Shown piece after piece: positions 36,500-49,850 of a stretch of DNA of 64,000 bases (its first letter is position 1; each line of letters starts with the position of its first letter). Below the pieces are notes generated by a model, which had not been told where the DNA came from, did not search any database, and saw nothing but the letters and a program-made list of their open reading frames with translations. The translations under genes and the position numbers were made by a program. This stretch comes from Trichosphaerium sp. ATCC 40318 (Eukaryota; Protista; Tubulinea), in assembly GCA_038496445.1 (NCBI GenBank), contig JALMLS010000320.1:310001-374000 (forward strand), read 5' to 3'.

Positions 36500-38553
36500 A
36501 GAACTCAAGATCGTTGTGCTCAAACACAGGCTATTACACTTTATCAACAACCATTTTTAACAAGAATGACTTGAAAAAATTGTGGTTTTACGTACTGTAG
36601 AGTGTTGAAACGCTGGAGACTTATCTGTCGAACAAAACCCAATATTTCGTATTTTTACCATTGAAAACGCATCCAAACTTCGATATGTATTGATCAACTG
36701 GCGTCTAGAAAGCGAACGCTTGCCTACATAAAAACGTAAACACTTATTTAGAATATGAACTCACAAAATCAAAGTGTAGAAACGGTAGTCTGACTTACAA
36801 TTGAATATGGAGTACTGCTTGCTTCTAGTGCTTCTAGAACTTGTGGTTGGCAAGAATGTATTTGGTTTGCCTGTATTCAAAGGCTCATTGCGTTTAAATT
36901 GCGGATTACTTGTTGTAAAGGTATTTCTTGCGCCTAGAGTACGTTGTTAGCATCTTACAACATACACACTTTTTGAGTTCATTTCTTTGCAGTGCTAATC
37001 AAAATACGGAGAATACCTCGTAGCATTTTAATCACGTGTTGTTGTGGTTTTTATTGTACAATCTTCATCTTTTAGTGACCAATTCTTGACTTTCAATGAA
37101 TGTGTGAGTAAGTTAAATAAAAGTGTAAACTGAGGTAAACTTTGCCACTGACAGGCTATGGCAATCGCGACTTACAAACGCTAGATAGAGATACTATCTA
37201 CACGGTCCGAACTCTTAACTGTAGGGTGAAACTTGCTTGGTATTAAAAATTACTCACGCAATATTACAAAGGAGATTAAATCTCGGTATTGCGTCATGCC
37301 GAACATCGAATACAACATTTGTTTTTAACTTGTCAATATCATATTCAGTGTACACATCCTAGTCTCATTCCTGATTACTTCTGGCACGTTGGTAGTGGCA
37401 TTACATAGATCTCCGAACAAGCGAAAATGTACTAAGGTCGAACCTACTCCTGCGAAGATAAAGTTGTGTTTCGAAACAAAAAAAGGTATTTTCTAAAGCT
37501 GCCTTCCTTGGCATTTTAGTGTCAACCCTAGACAAATTTGTACTCCCGCAGTACTACCAATGTCACAATCTTCAGACAACGGAGTACACAAGAAGACAAA
37601 ATTGTTCTTTATGAATCTTCAACACAACTTCCGATGATTTCGTCATGGTTGTTGTTAAAACTATCATCAACACTTCCTATATCCTTTCGACACTCACCCG
37701 AATGCGTTTAAACAGTATTACGCTATTCCGAGATAGACACGTGATACCTGAGCGCTAACACGTGATTTAGCGTCGTAGATACCGTAGGAACAATATAAGT
37801 GGTATTCTAATCCTTTGCCTGCACGTGCTGCAAGGTTTGGTGTTTTTTGAAGCGATTGGCGTTTTATGACGCAAGGTTGGCTTTCACTACCCAGACGCTG
37901 AACAATCATACATCAACATGTATAGTTTAAGCTTGCGGCACTATTATTGGCCGCGGTTTTGACTTATCCTATGCGTAACTTTGTGAGCTTACCAACATTT
38001 GGGAAGAAGTTTACCCGCTTGCTGATTGTAAGACTACAGAACCAAAACAGCAAGTTTTGATTTTTGGCAGTAGATGAAGATCCAAAATAATAATTCTTGT
38101 AACGATCGCTTTAAAATATAATGATAGCATCACCATGGTTGTTTCAAAACTGCACTGACTTTTTTATACGCCACAACGATGAAGTGGTATTTTCGAACTT
38201 TTAGAAAACAACACTTGCTTTAGTTACAGGTAACTCCATTATGTGAGTTTGGTAATCGTCGTTTAACAATCCAAACCTAGCCATAGGGTTCACGCTAAGA
38301 CTCCGCTTATTTACCTTTTACGTGTTTTACGTCCGGAGAGTGGTGAACGAAAAAACGTGCATAAAATAAAATAACACCCAAACGATGACACAACAGATAC
38401 AAGGTATAAAAAGTAGTGCCGAATAAAGCTACAATACTGTAGTATTTTATCATGCTTACAGCTGGCTTTGCCTTTTGCTTTAAACTGAAAAAAATGAGTC
38501 TCAAAGTCAAAACTTGGAAGATTGTTTAAAAACCGTTCGCCTTCTTTCTTCTT

Positions 38554-39922
38554 ATGTATGTAGGAGGTGATAAGTATAAGTTTGGTAAGATTATTGGTGA
38601 AGGAGCTACTGCAGTTGTATACGAAGGAAAATGTTGCTGGAGCAAAAAACGATTCGCAATGAAAGTATTGAGGAAGAATCACGTGACAAACTCTCCACGA
38701 TTATTAAGAAAAGAAATAAAAGCACACAGTCTATTCTCACACCCAAATATTGCCAAACTTGAAGCAAGCTTCTTTATGCAAGGTAAGAGAGATGACAACG
38801 CTTAACGATTCGTTTTCTGTATTCTTCAAAACGCTACAGAAAAAGAAGAAGAAAAAAGAAAAAAATACCCAAGAATTTTTTTCCTACTTTTCCCTCGTTT
38901 TACCACAGCTTTTACTCTCTTTGGATTGCTGTTGAGTTTGTTTCACACTACACGTGATGTTTTCTTGTTAATTTACAACGTTTAGACCAACTCGTTATTG
39001 TCATGGAGAAGGCTAAAGAAGACTTATTCGATGTCATTTCAAGACCTTCTTATAAGTGGAGCATAAAGAGAGTTAAATCTATTATACGACAAGTAGCATG
39101 TGGTCTAGCGTGTATACATCGCAATGGATACATACATAGAGATATCAAGCTAGGTACGGAGCTTTTTTTAGCCCGAGAATTCACCAAAGTACAAAAAAGT
39201 TGTTTACCCAAATCATAAACAAGGCGTGACCCTTACAATTTCTTTGTTTAGAGAACATCCTCATATGTAAGAACGGTCTAGTAAAAATAACAGATTTTGG
39301 TCTTGCGATAAAGACAAAAAACGCTCGGAATTGTAGAAAGAGTAAAGTAGGTGGCACTGTAGAGGTACGGACACCTTAAACGAACAAACTCCATTGGATC
39401 TTTTTTTTTTTTTTGAACAAACTGAAACGTTTTACGTTCACGTTTTTTTAATCGGTTTTATCTAATATCACGTGTTAGTACATGCCTCCAGAATGTTTTT
39501 GTTCAAGAAAACCTGTATATAATGAAAAAGTTGATATATGGTCGCTTGGTATGCTTACACTGCGACTACTCACAAAAACATCACATGGGTTCAGAAAATA
39601 TTTTAAAAAGAATGGAATTCCTCTTACAAATGAAGGTCGAATAGATTTTGTCAAGCTGGGCCAATTCTTTGATGATGATACCGTGGACTTTCTATCTAAA
39701 GTATTAGACGTCAGACCAAAGAAAAGACTTGCCGCTGTCGAATGTTTAACACACTGTTGGCTAAGTAGACCAACGCCTACTTTTCAATACAAAAAAAAAT
39801 CAAACAAAAAATCAATTGTAAAAAAGCTCAGAGGGGAAGCACTACATCGCGGAAAGAGACAGTTGAATCGAGTTTTATCTGTATCAGACCTTATAAGATC
39901 AAATAAATTACGGCCAAGTTAA
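38554..39922 (+). CDS. Serine/threonine protein kinase, multi-exon
   Basis: IGEGATAVV, FAMK, HPNIAKL, IHRDIKLENIL, ITDFGLA, GTVEYMPPE, DIWSLG and RLAAVECLTHCWL. Start approximate. Confidence 0.9.
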
Positions 39923-40327
39923 ATGCGAACGAGTTTTCGTTGGTTTTTTTCATACTATTTCTAGACTTGCTTCTGTACTCTGTTCCGTGCTAAATTTACC
40001 ACTTTGTAGTTGTTAGTAGCTTGGTGTTATAAGGTTAAGTTGTTGTAATGAAAGGTGTGAATTGTTGAAGATGTAACAACTGTTGAATGACTTCTATATC
40101 TCGTGTCAGGATTTCAGATGCTCAAAACACAAAGTGGTTGATTGTGAAGAATGTTTGGAATACGTGTTGATGAAGTATAATCCACGTGGACGAAGGTGCA
40201 AGTTGTTTGATTTTACATTTATTAAACGTTTACTTGTTGAACCCAAACCAAGATTGTACACTTGAGAAGAAGGAAGGACGATTCTCTTCTTTTGGTACAT
40301 TGGTAATAATTTTTACAGGAACTTCCT

Positions 40328-41207
40328 CTAATGCCGTCCTTCTTTTATGCATATATCTTCAGCTTTGCTTACCATTTTATCAAACATTTCGAAAACGCCT
40401 GTACCCTTTAAAACAAAAAGCAATCAGAGCAAGAACACTTTTTTTCTTGTTTTTTTCTCGTACTTCTTTTGCGCTCACTTCAAAGTATGAAACACCCCAA
40501 AAGTCTGCCAACTCACGTCCTTCTTTTGTAGATACCTCTCGTTTATCTTTCAAATCTATTTTGTTTCCTACAATGGCAATACAACATTGCTGATCGCTGG
40601 TTATCTCGAGTATCTTTTCATATCTGGCCAAGCTTTCAAAAGTGTATCGTTTGGTTACATCAAACACCACAAGTACTACATGGCTCCCTCTGACATAAGA
40701 ACGCTCTATGTCTCTAATTAAATACTTAAACGTGAGGTAAAGATCTTACGGATGAGGGACAGACCACGCTCTCTTCCAGCAGTACTAAACAACATTAAAC
40801 AGTTGTTAAATATATCACCACATGCACAGCACGTGCTGGTTCTTATCAGTCTAAGAAGCTTATACGTACTCCCATATCTGTAGCTTGATATCTTTGACCA
40901 CTTTCCCTCGTGTATGTCTAGAAAACTAAAGCAAAGTAGTTAAGATTATTTCATCAAAAACACAAGATGGCTCAGTAGGTATTTCACTGCGTACAAATTC
41001 GACACTCATTGTCATATCAGGTGTCTCCAAGAATGTATTTTCGATTTACCTTCTAATAATTGATGACTTACCCGTCTGTAGACCTACTGGACAGTCATAT
41101 AACGGTGTTACGATGGCAAGTTTACCAGTGTCACCTAACAGTACTATTTTGGATATAACTGTCTTTTGTTTATGATTTCTTGGCGTATTTGGTGTTCCCT
41201 TTGGCAT
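40328..41207 (-). CDS. Rab-like small GTPase, multi-exon
   Basis: KIVLLGDTGTGKSS, LQIWDTAGRER, VFDVT, VGNKIDL and FEVSAK. C-terminal frame ambiguous. Confidence 0.85.
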
Positions 41208-41563
41208 TCTTATTAGCTTTTTATTTGAAAAAACGGCTAGAAAATAACTGACTGAGAGTTGAACGTCTTCTATGTGATTTCTAAAATACCCTAATTAAGA
41301 ATGAGTCCCATACAGTTCTAACCTATTTTCAGGAAGTCTACCTTGCAGCGACGTCAAAAGGCGGTCCCGTGTACATATTGATAACGCGTTGCAGGTACAC
41401 AAGTCAAAGAAAATTAATATATCACGTGGAACTCGCGACTCGTTTATCCTACGGACTTTACCAGCTAACATTTGGATAAGAGTTGAAAACACGTGTTGTT
41501 TGTTGACCATTCATGAAAACTTGGTACGTTTTACCGCCAGAAAACAAAATTGTTTCTGGGAAG

Positions 41564-43047
41564 ATGCAGTACGCGAAGAGAAACTCTACATACTCTAACA
41601 CCGTTAAATAGATTTCTGTACGCAATATTCGTAATAACGCTATTACACGCCTCCACAGCTTCAAGATGCTCTGGTAAAGCAAGCTGTCTTGGCTGTTTAC
41701 AAAATAGCAGTTGTGTATGGTGCGTTGATTCTAGTGAGTGCCTACCTGGCCCAAACCCTTCGTGTTCTTGCTCTGGAAGCTGTAAAAACTGCCTTCGACA
41801 AAAAGCAGCTGAATGTCCTGTTAATTACAAACAATGCTCAAACTATAAAAACTGCGAGGCTTGTGCTAAAGACAGCGCTTGTGGGTGGAGCTCTGAAGAT
41901 GCAGTTTGTACTTGGGGTGATGTTAACGGCGCTTGCTATAGCTCACATGACGAGTCATGCTCAGGATCTGCGTCACGTGCTTATGCTTGGCAATATGGAC
42001 AAAATGCGACTTGTCCAAAGTTTTTCGGGTCTTGTAGTCAGTATTTGGACTGTATGTCTTGTACACGTGATTCAGCATGTGGTTGGAATGTAGAAGATCA
42101 AGTATGTACACCTGGAGATGCTAATGGAGCGTGTTTCAGTAGTAAAGATGATTCGTGTTCAGGCTCAGCATCACATCACTATTGGCAGTTTGTACGAACA
42201 ATCTACAACACTTTCTATTGACAGCTTACATTTTAGGGCCCGTCAGCATTATGTCCAAGCAATTTCAGCACGTGATTTTTATTAAGGTATTTTTCTAACG
42301 GTTAACAAGGTAAATGCGGTCAATACCTGAACTGTGGCGATTGTGTAAAAGATGTCGCTTGTGGATGGAATATCGAAGGCATACTTTTCTTAAGTTTGAA
42401 CTCACAACTCACACGCTTGATAAGATAATATATGCACACCAGGAAATGATGATGGTGCATGTTTTTCATCCGAGGATGATACTTGCAGTGGATCAGGTAC
42501 TAAAAAAGAAGCTATTAACTTCTAAATCCCTCCAGCATCTAAACGGTACTATTGGCAATTTGGCAAGTCGGCTATATGTCCTGAAAATAATCAAGGTTGT
42601 TCACAATACGCTGATTGCGAGTCTTGTACTGCTGATACTGCCTGTGGATGGAATGTAGAAGGTACCAATGCAAATAGAAAGGTCCAATACTAACGAATAT
42701 TAAATAGATGTTATTTGTGTTCCTGGAGACGAAAATGGTGCTTGTCTTAGCTCTCAAGATGATAGTTGTAGTGGTATGGTTTATACAAACATTACTAAAG
42801 TATTAGGCTTACAAATACATCAATAGGCTCTGCATCAAAGTACTTTTATTGGCAACGAGGAGCTTCTGCTATTTGTCCTAAAAATCATGGGACTTGTAAC
42901 CAATACGACTCATGCTCAGAGTGTATTAATGATAAAGCTTGTGGATGGAATGGAGAAGATAGTGTTTGTACGCCTGGAGACGATAATGGAGCTTGTTTTA
43001 GTTCAGAAGATCCTTCTCCAAAACAATGGTTCTATACGACATGCTGA
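41564..43047 (+). CDS. Secreted cysteine-rich PSI (plexin-like) repeat protein, multi-exon
   Basis: Signal peptide MQFLYAIFVITLLHASTA. About six repeats of CxxYxxCxxCxxDxACGW...CTPGDxNGAC...WQ. Confidence 0.8.
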
Positions 43048-43442
43048 ACAAGATGTGTTTAATAAAAACAGAATCAAATGTTCACCTTTAATCCCAAGTC
43101 TGCAAACATATGTGACAACGAAGTGATCGTAATCATTCAATACCCTAACGCATAGTTTTTCATAGTGCCAACAGTGCTATGCGTAGGGGAAGGGAACAAT
43201 GGGAATGTGTCTTGTACATTATAGTGAGAATCAGTTGGTAGCTGCAAATTGGGCTGGAACATAATTGTCTTATTCCGATGTTTGGGTATGAGCTAGCTGT
43301 AGTGAATGGTCTGTAAATCATAGGAGACTATTTTGAATGTCTAACACAGGGCGTAAAACAGTTTCAGTAGGCTCACTGAGCCTGGTGATAACCATTTCCG
43401 CAAGTATAACTTAAAAGTTGCAAAATAAAGAAAGAGTACAAC

Positions 43443-44027
43443 AATGCACACACAATTGCTTAACAGAGCCAGAAGAACCGTTCAGATTTTGCTTGTGTCA
43501 TCATCAATCACTGAGATCATCGATGCATATTCTGTACTTGAGGGTATTCTAATACCTCTAGGGTACAATCAGCTGGTCAAAAAACCAGGTAACTACTTTA
43601 AACTGTTTACATTCTTAGTGTACAAATCAGTTCTGAGGACAAGTTACAACTATTTTTTGGGCACCTTTCACTAAGTTCTATAATAGAAAAGCGGCTGCCA
43701 AACATAATATAAATGAATGGGACAATAACCAAAAAAAAAGCAGCCAGTGGAAAAGTCAAAAAGTAAATTGGCACAAACGGAAGGAGTGGTATAAAAATGG
43801 AGAACTGGTATGTGGCTTTACAAAGTCTTGTTTGACTAAATACCTATTTACCCTTTCTGTAGCTAGACATGATTTTGCTTAAAAGCCTCTACCAAAAAAA
43901 AGAAAGCGTAGCTGCAATGGGTTAACGACAATGATGAACGCCCAAAAAAGAAGCAGAAGCAGCATGCGAAAAAGCCGAAAAAGAAGCAGCCGGCAAAAAA
44001 GCCAAAATTAAAACATGGAAGGTAGGT
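43443..44027 (+). pseudogene. Possible degraded gene with a MORN-variant-like motif and Lys-rich tail
   Basis: Fragments KRKEWYKNGEL followed by a GT donor, and RPKKKQKQHAKKPKKKQPAKK*. No clean gene model. Confidence 0.25.
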
Positions 44028-44989
44028 GGAAGAAAAAGTAAGAAAACACCACAAGGTTGCTGTGTTGTATTCCTCTTGCTTTCAGAGATCATTTTTATAT
44101 TGTCTTCTTCCACCTATATACCTTGTTGTAGCTGATAATGCATTAGCTTTGAGACGTCATGCGGCCATTGGGTAAAGTACAAAAAATACTTTCATGGAGA
44201 GAGTACTAACTATGTGCCCAAGACACATCCACTATGATCTTCTGCCTGGAGTTCTTTCGTCTAGAGGATATCCTACTCCCAACAAGCTGTAGCATGTAGA
44301 TCAATAAAGCAAACCCTAAGATACGAGTGCCGTACCTTCATAGCATTGTACTAATATAGTACGCATAGTTTCATATCGTGAAGAGTTGCTGTTGTTATTA
44401 GATGAGCGGATAGAATTGTTACAATTATCACGCTTACACGTTTCACGTGTGAATCCTAAATCTAGGGTTGCACTCACAAATTACGAGTGTTGACCAAACC
44501 CCATGTTGAGAACCTTGTAAACGTGAACAACTACTTTAGAATATGCAACGTGAATCCTTTCATACAAAACACTGCCCAACCTACCTGTTCTTATTTTGCT
44601 TAGATAATACACTACCAAAAAATGTAATTGTGCTACACGTGAGTTTTTTTGTGCTGTGAACTTATGGTAAAATCGTTTTGACAAGTTTAATCCAACATAC
44701 GTTTTCACAAATCTCGTGAAATATAACACATCTCATTAGGTAGTACTACACATATTACTGCCCCGAACATAAACAGAAATTGTCAAAAGAAATGAGACAT
44801 TATTTTGTACAACATTGAACATTGTAGTTAGTTCTTAGATCCAACGTAACCTATCCAACAATAATCTAAGCAGTATCTCATTTCTGCCTTTGGAAAACGA
44901 TTTAATTGGAGTATACTAGCGCATAGTTTATTATTTTGTTTGTATGTACAATAAATGTTTGTGTTCGTGATGTATGTTTTAGTTATGTA

Positions 44990-47644
44990 TTATTTTGTGT
45001 TTTCTGCTGATGAAGACTTACTATCAGGTACATCCCAAACGTATTTTTGTATAGGATGCCATGGCTCAGGTAGTTTTTCAGCATCAACAAGGACTGTATT
45101 AACATCAAGAACTTCCGATCCTGAAATCTTAAAAAGAAAAAGGTAACCACCTGGAGAAGGAGGTGCATGAAAAGAAAATACAAATGTCCCATCTTCTTTA
45201 TCGTACACACCTACAAAAAAAACATGTTAACAAAAAGAACACGGAAAAGACAAGCCCAAAAATGGAGAAACAGTGTCACTGAGAAAAGAAAAAAAAAAAA
45301 AAACAATAACAATAATCAAAACAACATATCACCAGCAACCAAGTTTGTGTTTGGCGTACATTAAATACTAATGGTTCTGAGGGGAAAAAAATCTAGTATT
45401 AACAACGCAAATATACAAACCTCACAAAGCATGCAGAACCGACAAACCAGAAATTTTTGGGAAAGCAAAAGAAAAAAAAATTTAAACAGTTGCAACAAAC
45501 GTACCCAATACACGCTGTACTTTGCTTGGTTTTGGGAAAATACAAAAAATATCCAAGCTAGTTGATGTTCCTTCAGGTACAGAGTCTGCTGCATTATTCT
45601 TATCATCATGTAATGTAGCTCTAATCGAATGTGTATCATCTGAACTCATAGATCTTGGAAGATTTAAAGGAACCAACTTTACAGGTTCAGCTGCAGGTAC
45701 AATCATCCTCGCTGGTGATCCAGAAACATTTGTACCATCTATTTCAATATTTATATCACATTCACCAGCCCATTGCCTTGCTTTAACCTCAACTAAAGCT
45801 TTCTTTTCATCCTTCTCAATGACCTTTGTGACAATGTGTGGATTTGATGATTTTACTGTAAGTTTTGATTCGTCCAAGTTAAGTAATGATTCACCATCAG
45901 GTTTGATTGATATATATTGTGTTCCTGAATCTTTAACATCTTCCTTGCTTTTTTCAAACTCATAACCATATCCTGTACGAAAAAAAATACATAAGAAACA
46001 AACAAAAAAAAATGCAAATCTTACGTTTAACTGTGAGCGTTTTTGCACAATCTTTGAAACGTTGTTTGTTATTAAGAATGTAGTCTTCTGTTCCTACTTT
46101 CATTGCTCTCAGTAGACTCTCATCTGATGCACTTAGATCCATATCACCTATACTTTTCGTTAGACAAAGAGGACTTGTAACGCTTGGTTAAACAATCACG
46201 TGCCTAATCCTCGTTCTGGGTTGAAACGATAATAGTAAGCACTTGGATGGTGTTTTTTTAGATACCAGTCTGATCGTAAGTGAATACTCTCAGTGTTTGT
46301 TGAATGAACGTATAGTAGTCTTGCTATATCTGTAAAGCTTGTTTTGTAATTATATTGATAAGAAGCAACACCTAAAGGGAGGTAAGTACACACGAATATA
46401 TCTACTACAAGAAAGGCTTGCCTGCGCCAAGGGATACAACACAATCTATTGGTTTATCAGGCCATATTGTGGTAGCTTTTTGGAGCGCGATAAGAACTAC
46501 AAACGATGAGATACGCTCACAAGCTTAGAGAGAAGTTTTGTCTTTAAAACTTCAATGTACCAGGATTGTTCTCTAGAATACCACCATCAATCAATTCGCG
46601 ATCATTCCAAGTCATAGGCTTAAAGTATCCAGGTGCAGCAGACGTTGCTCGCGCTAGAAAAAGAGGAAATCATAAGCAAACGAGAACAAGTGAGCAATAC
46701 CAAGAGCGTACCTGCTTCCCATAATTTGGCCTCTGCTGTAGTAGAATCAGCCCGAAAGTTATGAAATATAAACGGTAGAGATACATTACTATTATTAGCA
46801 CTAACAACAAGCACCTAATCCGCGAAGAAAGCGAGTTTAGAAAAATATACACACTTTGTAATTCAAAAAAAAAAATCGAAGGCGTGCTAGCTCACTCACC
46901 TTTGGTGAAGTCTCATTTTCATGCATCATCGTAGTGTCTTCTCCAAGGTATGTTTTAAAAATCTTTGTTAAATTGTCTGTATCGAAAGCAGGTTGCTGGT
47001 AAAGCATTGATGTAAGAGGTTGCGTAATCGCCTCAAAATACGTTTTCTAGAAGAAATGTCACTTGTTGACACGGCATTTGTTTAAAGGTCCTTACCGCTG
47101 GGAAAACCTTCTCAGCAAGGTCTAGGTATAGTTTTTCGCATGTAGAAGTATCTGCCTTGCATACACCTAGAAGTAGAGCTAAAATCCCTCCAGTACTTGC
47201 TCCCGCTATTATATCGAACATTTCGTGTATCTAAGCTATAATTAAGCATAGACAGACATGAAACGGGGTTTTTAGAGCGAAATTGCAAATATAAATTGTA
47301 TCCGTTATTGGCGTTCCGAGCGTTCTAATTTAGTGATTTTAGATACCTTTTGACCCGTTTGGCGCTCCAGATGACGTAGCATGATGATTTCCATGAGTCC
47401 TTTTACCCCGCCGCCATCAAGCGCTAAAATCCTCAATCCGCCTCTCTTTGAGACATCTCTGATTGGATAAACGCTACAAGTGTAAATTAGCGACCCAAAC
47501 CTAAAGAACTCACAAATCGTACTCTGTATTACCGACAACGTCTTGCTTGCGCACAGTAGTACAATATGTGCGACGCACCGACCTTTTTACTCTTGTAGGC
47601 CGTTGTGACACGCAAAAGCGTGACGCGCTGAATTTAGATAGCAT
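44990..47644 (-). CDS. Patatin-like phospholipase (iPLA2-gamma/PNPLA8-like) with mitochondrial-type presequence and C-terminal filamin-like Ig domains
   Basis: Arg/Ser-rich start MLSKFSASRFCVSQRPTRVKRSVRR. LRILALDGGGVKG, FDIIAGASTGGI (GxSxG) and DGGILENNP. Tail GECDINIEIDGTNVSGSP and DKEDGTFVFSF...PGGY is filamin-like. Confidence 0.85.
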
Positions 47645-47964
47645 AGTCGTTATAGTACGTTACAATTAAACACAATGGCGGTGAACTAGACAACCAAATT
47701 CAACCTTAGCAAGTTCATCAAAAAACATTTTCCCAAAGTACTGTTTTTAGCCACTGAGTCTTTTCCCGTGTAAGGAACGTTACCTTGTATCTAGTAAATG
47801 CATCCAGTTCTTAAGGCGAGGGTAAGATAATGCACAATAAACCCAAGTAGGATTTGTAGGCCAAGTTTTTTTGAAGTTTTGTTTGTTATCAATACACGTG
47901 TTTTTTAGATTTTATTGTACATTTTTTAAGCGTTCTTCACGCCTTATTGGAATAATAGATACAC

Positions 47965-48956
47965 TTATAGACCGTTGTAAATTTCGTCTTCCAGAAACAA
48001 GAGCTTTTCTTGCATCTAAAGAAAAATACAATTAGGTTTTTCAAAGATCATTGAAATTTTCAAATAGCGTTTGTTTTAAACTTACTGTTAGTTTCTAATG
48101 ACTGTGTCTCTTCGTCAGTTTCTACATCTGAGGTAACGATCTATTAAAGGTGTCAAACAGATAACACGTGCGATAAAGAACGCGAAAATTGTATACCTCT
48201 GAATACGAGTCATCAACAAAACTAAATGCAGGTAGCTTTCTTACTTTTTTAGAAGAAGCTGATGAAAATGACTTGGACCTGCTTCTAGGAGATGAAGATT
48301 GACTTGCACTCCTAGCTGCTTCTTGAGCACGCTTCTTTGCGCGCTTATAGAGCTCTTCAAGGTCTACTGCGGCCGCAGTAGCACAAACAGGTTGCCTTTG
48401 GCGTTGTATATTTGCTGCTTCTGTCATTGTTGATCTACGTTTCCGTAGAGTGTCAGTATCAAGCCTGCCTGAATCCATTGACCTCGAACGCGACTTGTTT
48501 AAGTTTGGTTTTGGTTTTATATTGATAAATATCTGTTTTGCTGATTGACTGTTGAAAGTGTTCCTAAAAACAACAAAAAGTATTAGTTTGGTTTATCAAT
48601 TTTTTTTTACTGAGACCCGAGATGGTCTACTATGTGAAAGAATTACTCTTGAATATTTTTCGTACCTCCGTTTACCCTTCTTACGCTTTGGTACAGCCAA
48701 ATGAGTTTGTTTTACTTTTTTTTGCCTCGGAGGAGCAATAGTACCTCTAAATCACGTGTTATTTTGGAAAAAAAAGACGAAATTGTTTTAGCTGGTTGAA
48801 ACTAATTTCTAAATACTATTGTTGTTTTTTTTTATGTATATACCCTTCAACGTACTCACTGGATATACCTACAGCGTGTTTATTTGTGTCTTCATCTTTT
48901 TTTTTCTTGCGGTGTCTACTGAACGCTGGAAACTTATATTTTAGTTTTTTCATCAT
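47965..48956 (-). CDS. Hypothetical basic/Ser-rich protein, multi-exon
   Basis: Exons joinable by GT-AG introns, ending QEKLLFLEDEIYNGL*. No family recognised. Confidence 0.45.
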
Positions 48957-49331
48957 TACGGCGAAGGTTTTCAACCTAACTTGCGGCCCGCAAACAAGCG
49001 CTTGCGTTAAGCGGAGCTGTCTTAGGTTTTCTTGATCAGAATTCAACAAAAAGTTCACGTGTTTTTCCGTGAGAGAAGACGACATATATGACACCATCGT
49101 GCAAAAATAGTTTTTCCCTCCCGCTTTACGAGGACACACGGATCTCGAGGCACCCTGAAAGCAATTACGCTCAGTAAACGCGATTGATTAAGAGCGGAGA
49201 TGTCAAACATCAAAAAAAACAATAAAGGGAAAAAACACTTAGACGTGATCTTGTTTACAACCTTTTTTGGTATTTATTTATGTGGAAAAATTTGCTACTG
49301 TACAGTTCTTTTTTTTTTTGGATACAAGCGT

Positions 49332-49850
49332 TTAGCAGTATAGTGCTAAAGCTAGCTCCACGTTTTTTTGTTTGCAAACTTGAAACGACAACACAGATTT
49401 TCGTAGAAATGCTGTGTAGTGTGACCTGGCTGCCTCAGGGAACAGAGACGATGTAGGTACCGGTCCGTTCTCCAAAATCATCTCATAGGCATCTTGCAAC
49501 ATTACATTGCTAACGCCTACAAAGTGCCATTCTCCGTACTCATCGGCTTCTGTGTCTTCCAAGTACTCGAAGAGTGCAAAGTGCAGGAGCGTTGATATGT
49601 GGTGAAGTGGGTCTGCCATGCTCCATTCGTGTGATCGGAGGCGTTTTATGAGTGCTGGGTACTCCGTATGGCCCGTTGATGCACGTTGTGTCTTGTTTGA
49701 TCGTTTCAAAAGTTTTTCGGGTAGCGACGTGCTTTTTGTTGCTTTGTCGCTCTTTTGGAGCTGTTGAACATAGGTTACGCATGTTTTTTTAGGTTTTGTT
49801 GTTTGTTTGCGTTTTGAGGCGAAGAGTTTTGTAAAGATGCTTTTTATCAT
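49332..49850 (-). CDS. Hypothetical intronless 172-aa protein
   Basis: Long ATG-initiated ORF, GC-richer than its flanks, with an A12 run just downstream. Confidence 0.55.
   Translation of the reverse strand: MIKSIFTKLFASKRKQTTKPKKTCVTYVQQLQKSDKATKSTSLPEKLLKRSNKTQRASTGHTEYPALIKRLRSHEWSMADPLHHISTLLHFALFEYLEDTEADEYGEWHFVGVSNVMLQDAYEMILENGPVPTSSLFPEAARSHYTAFLRKSVLSFQVCKQKNVELALALYC

Noticed and set aside
36500-36554. ATG followed by in-frame TAA TAG, suggesting TAR=Gln reassignment
   Set aside because: That frame does not splice into the MORN exon, another frame does, and TAA/TAG terminate many genes here.
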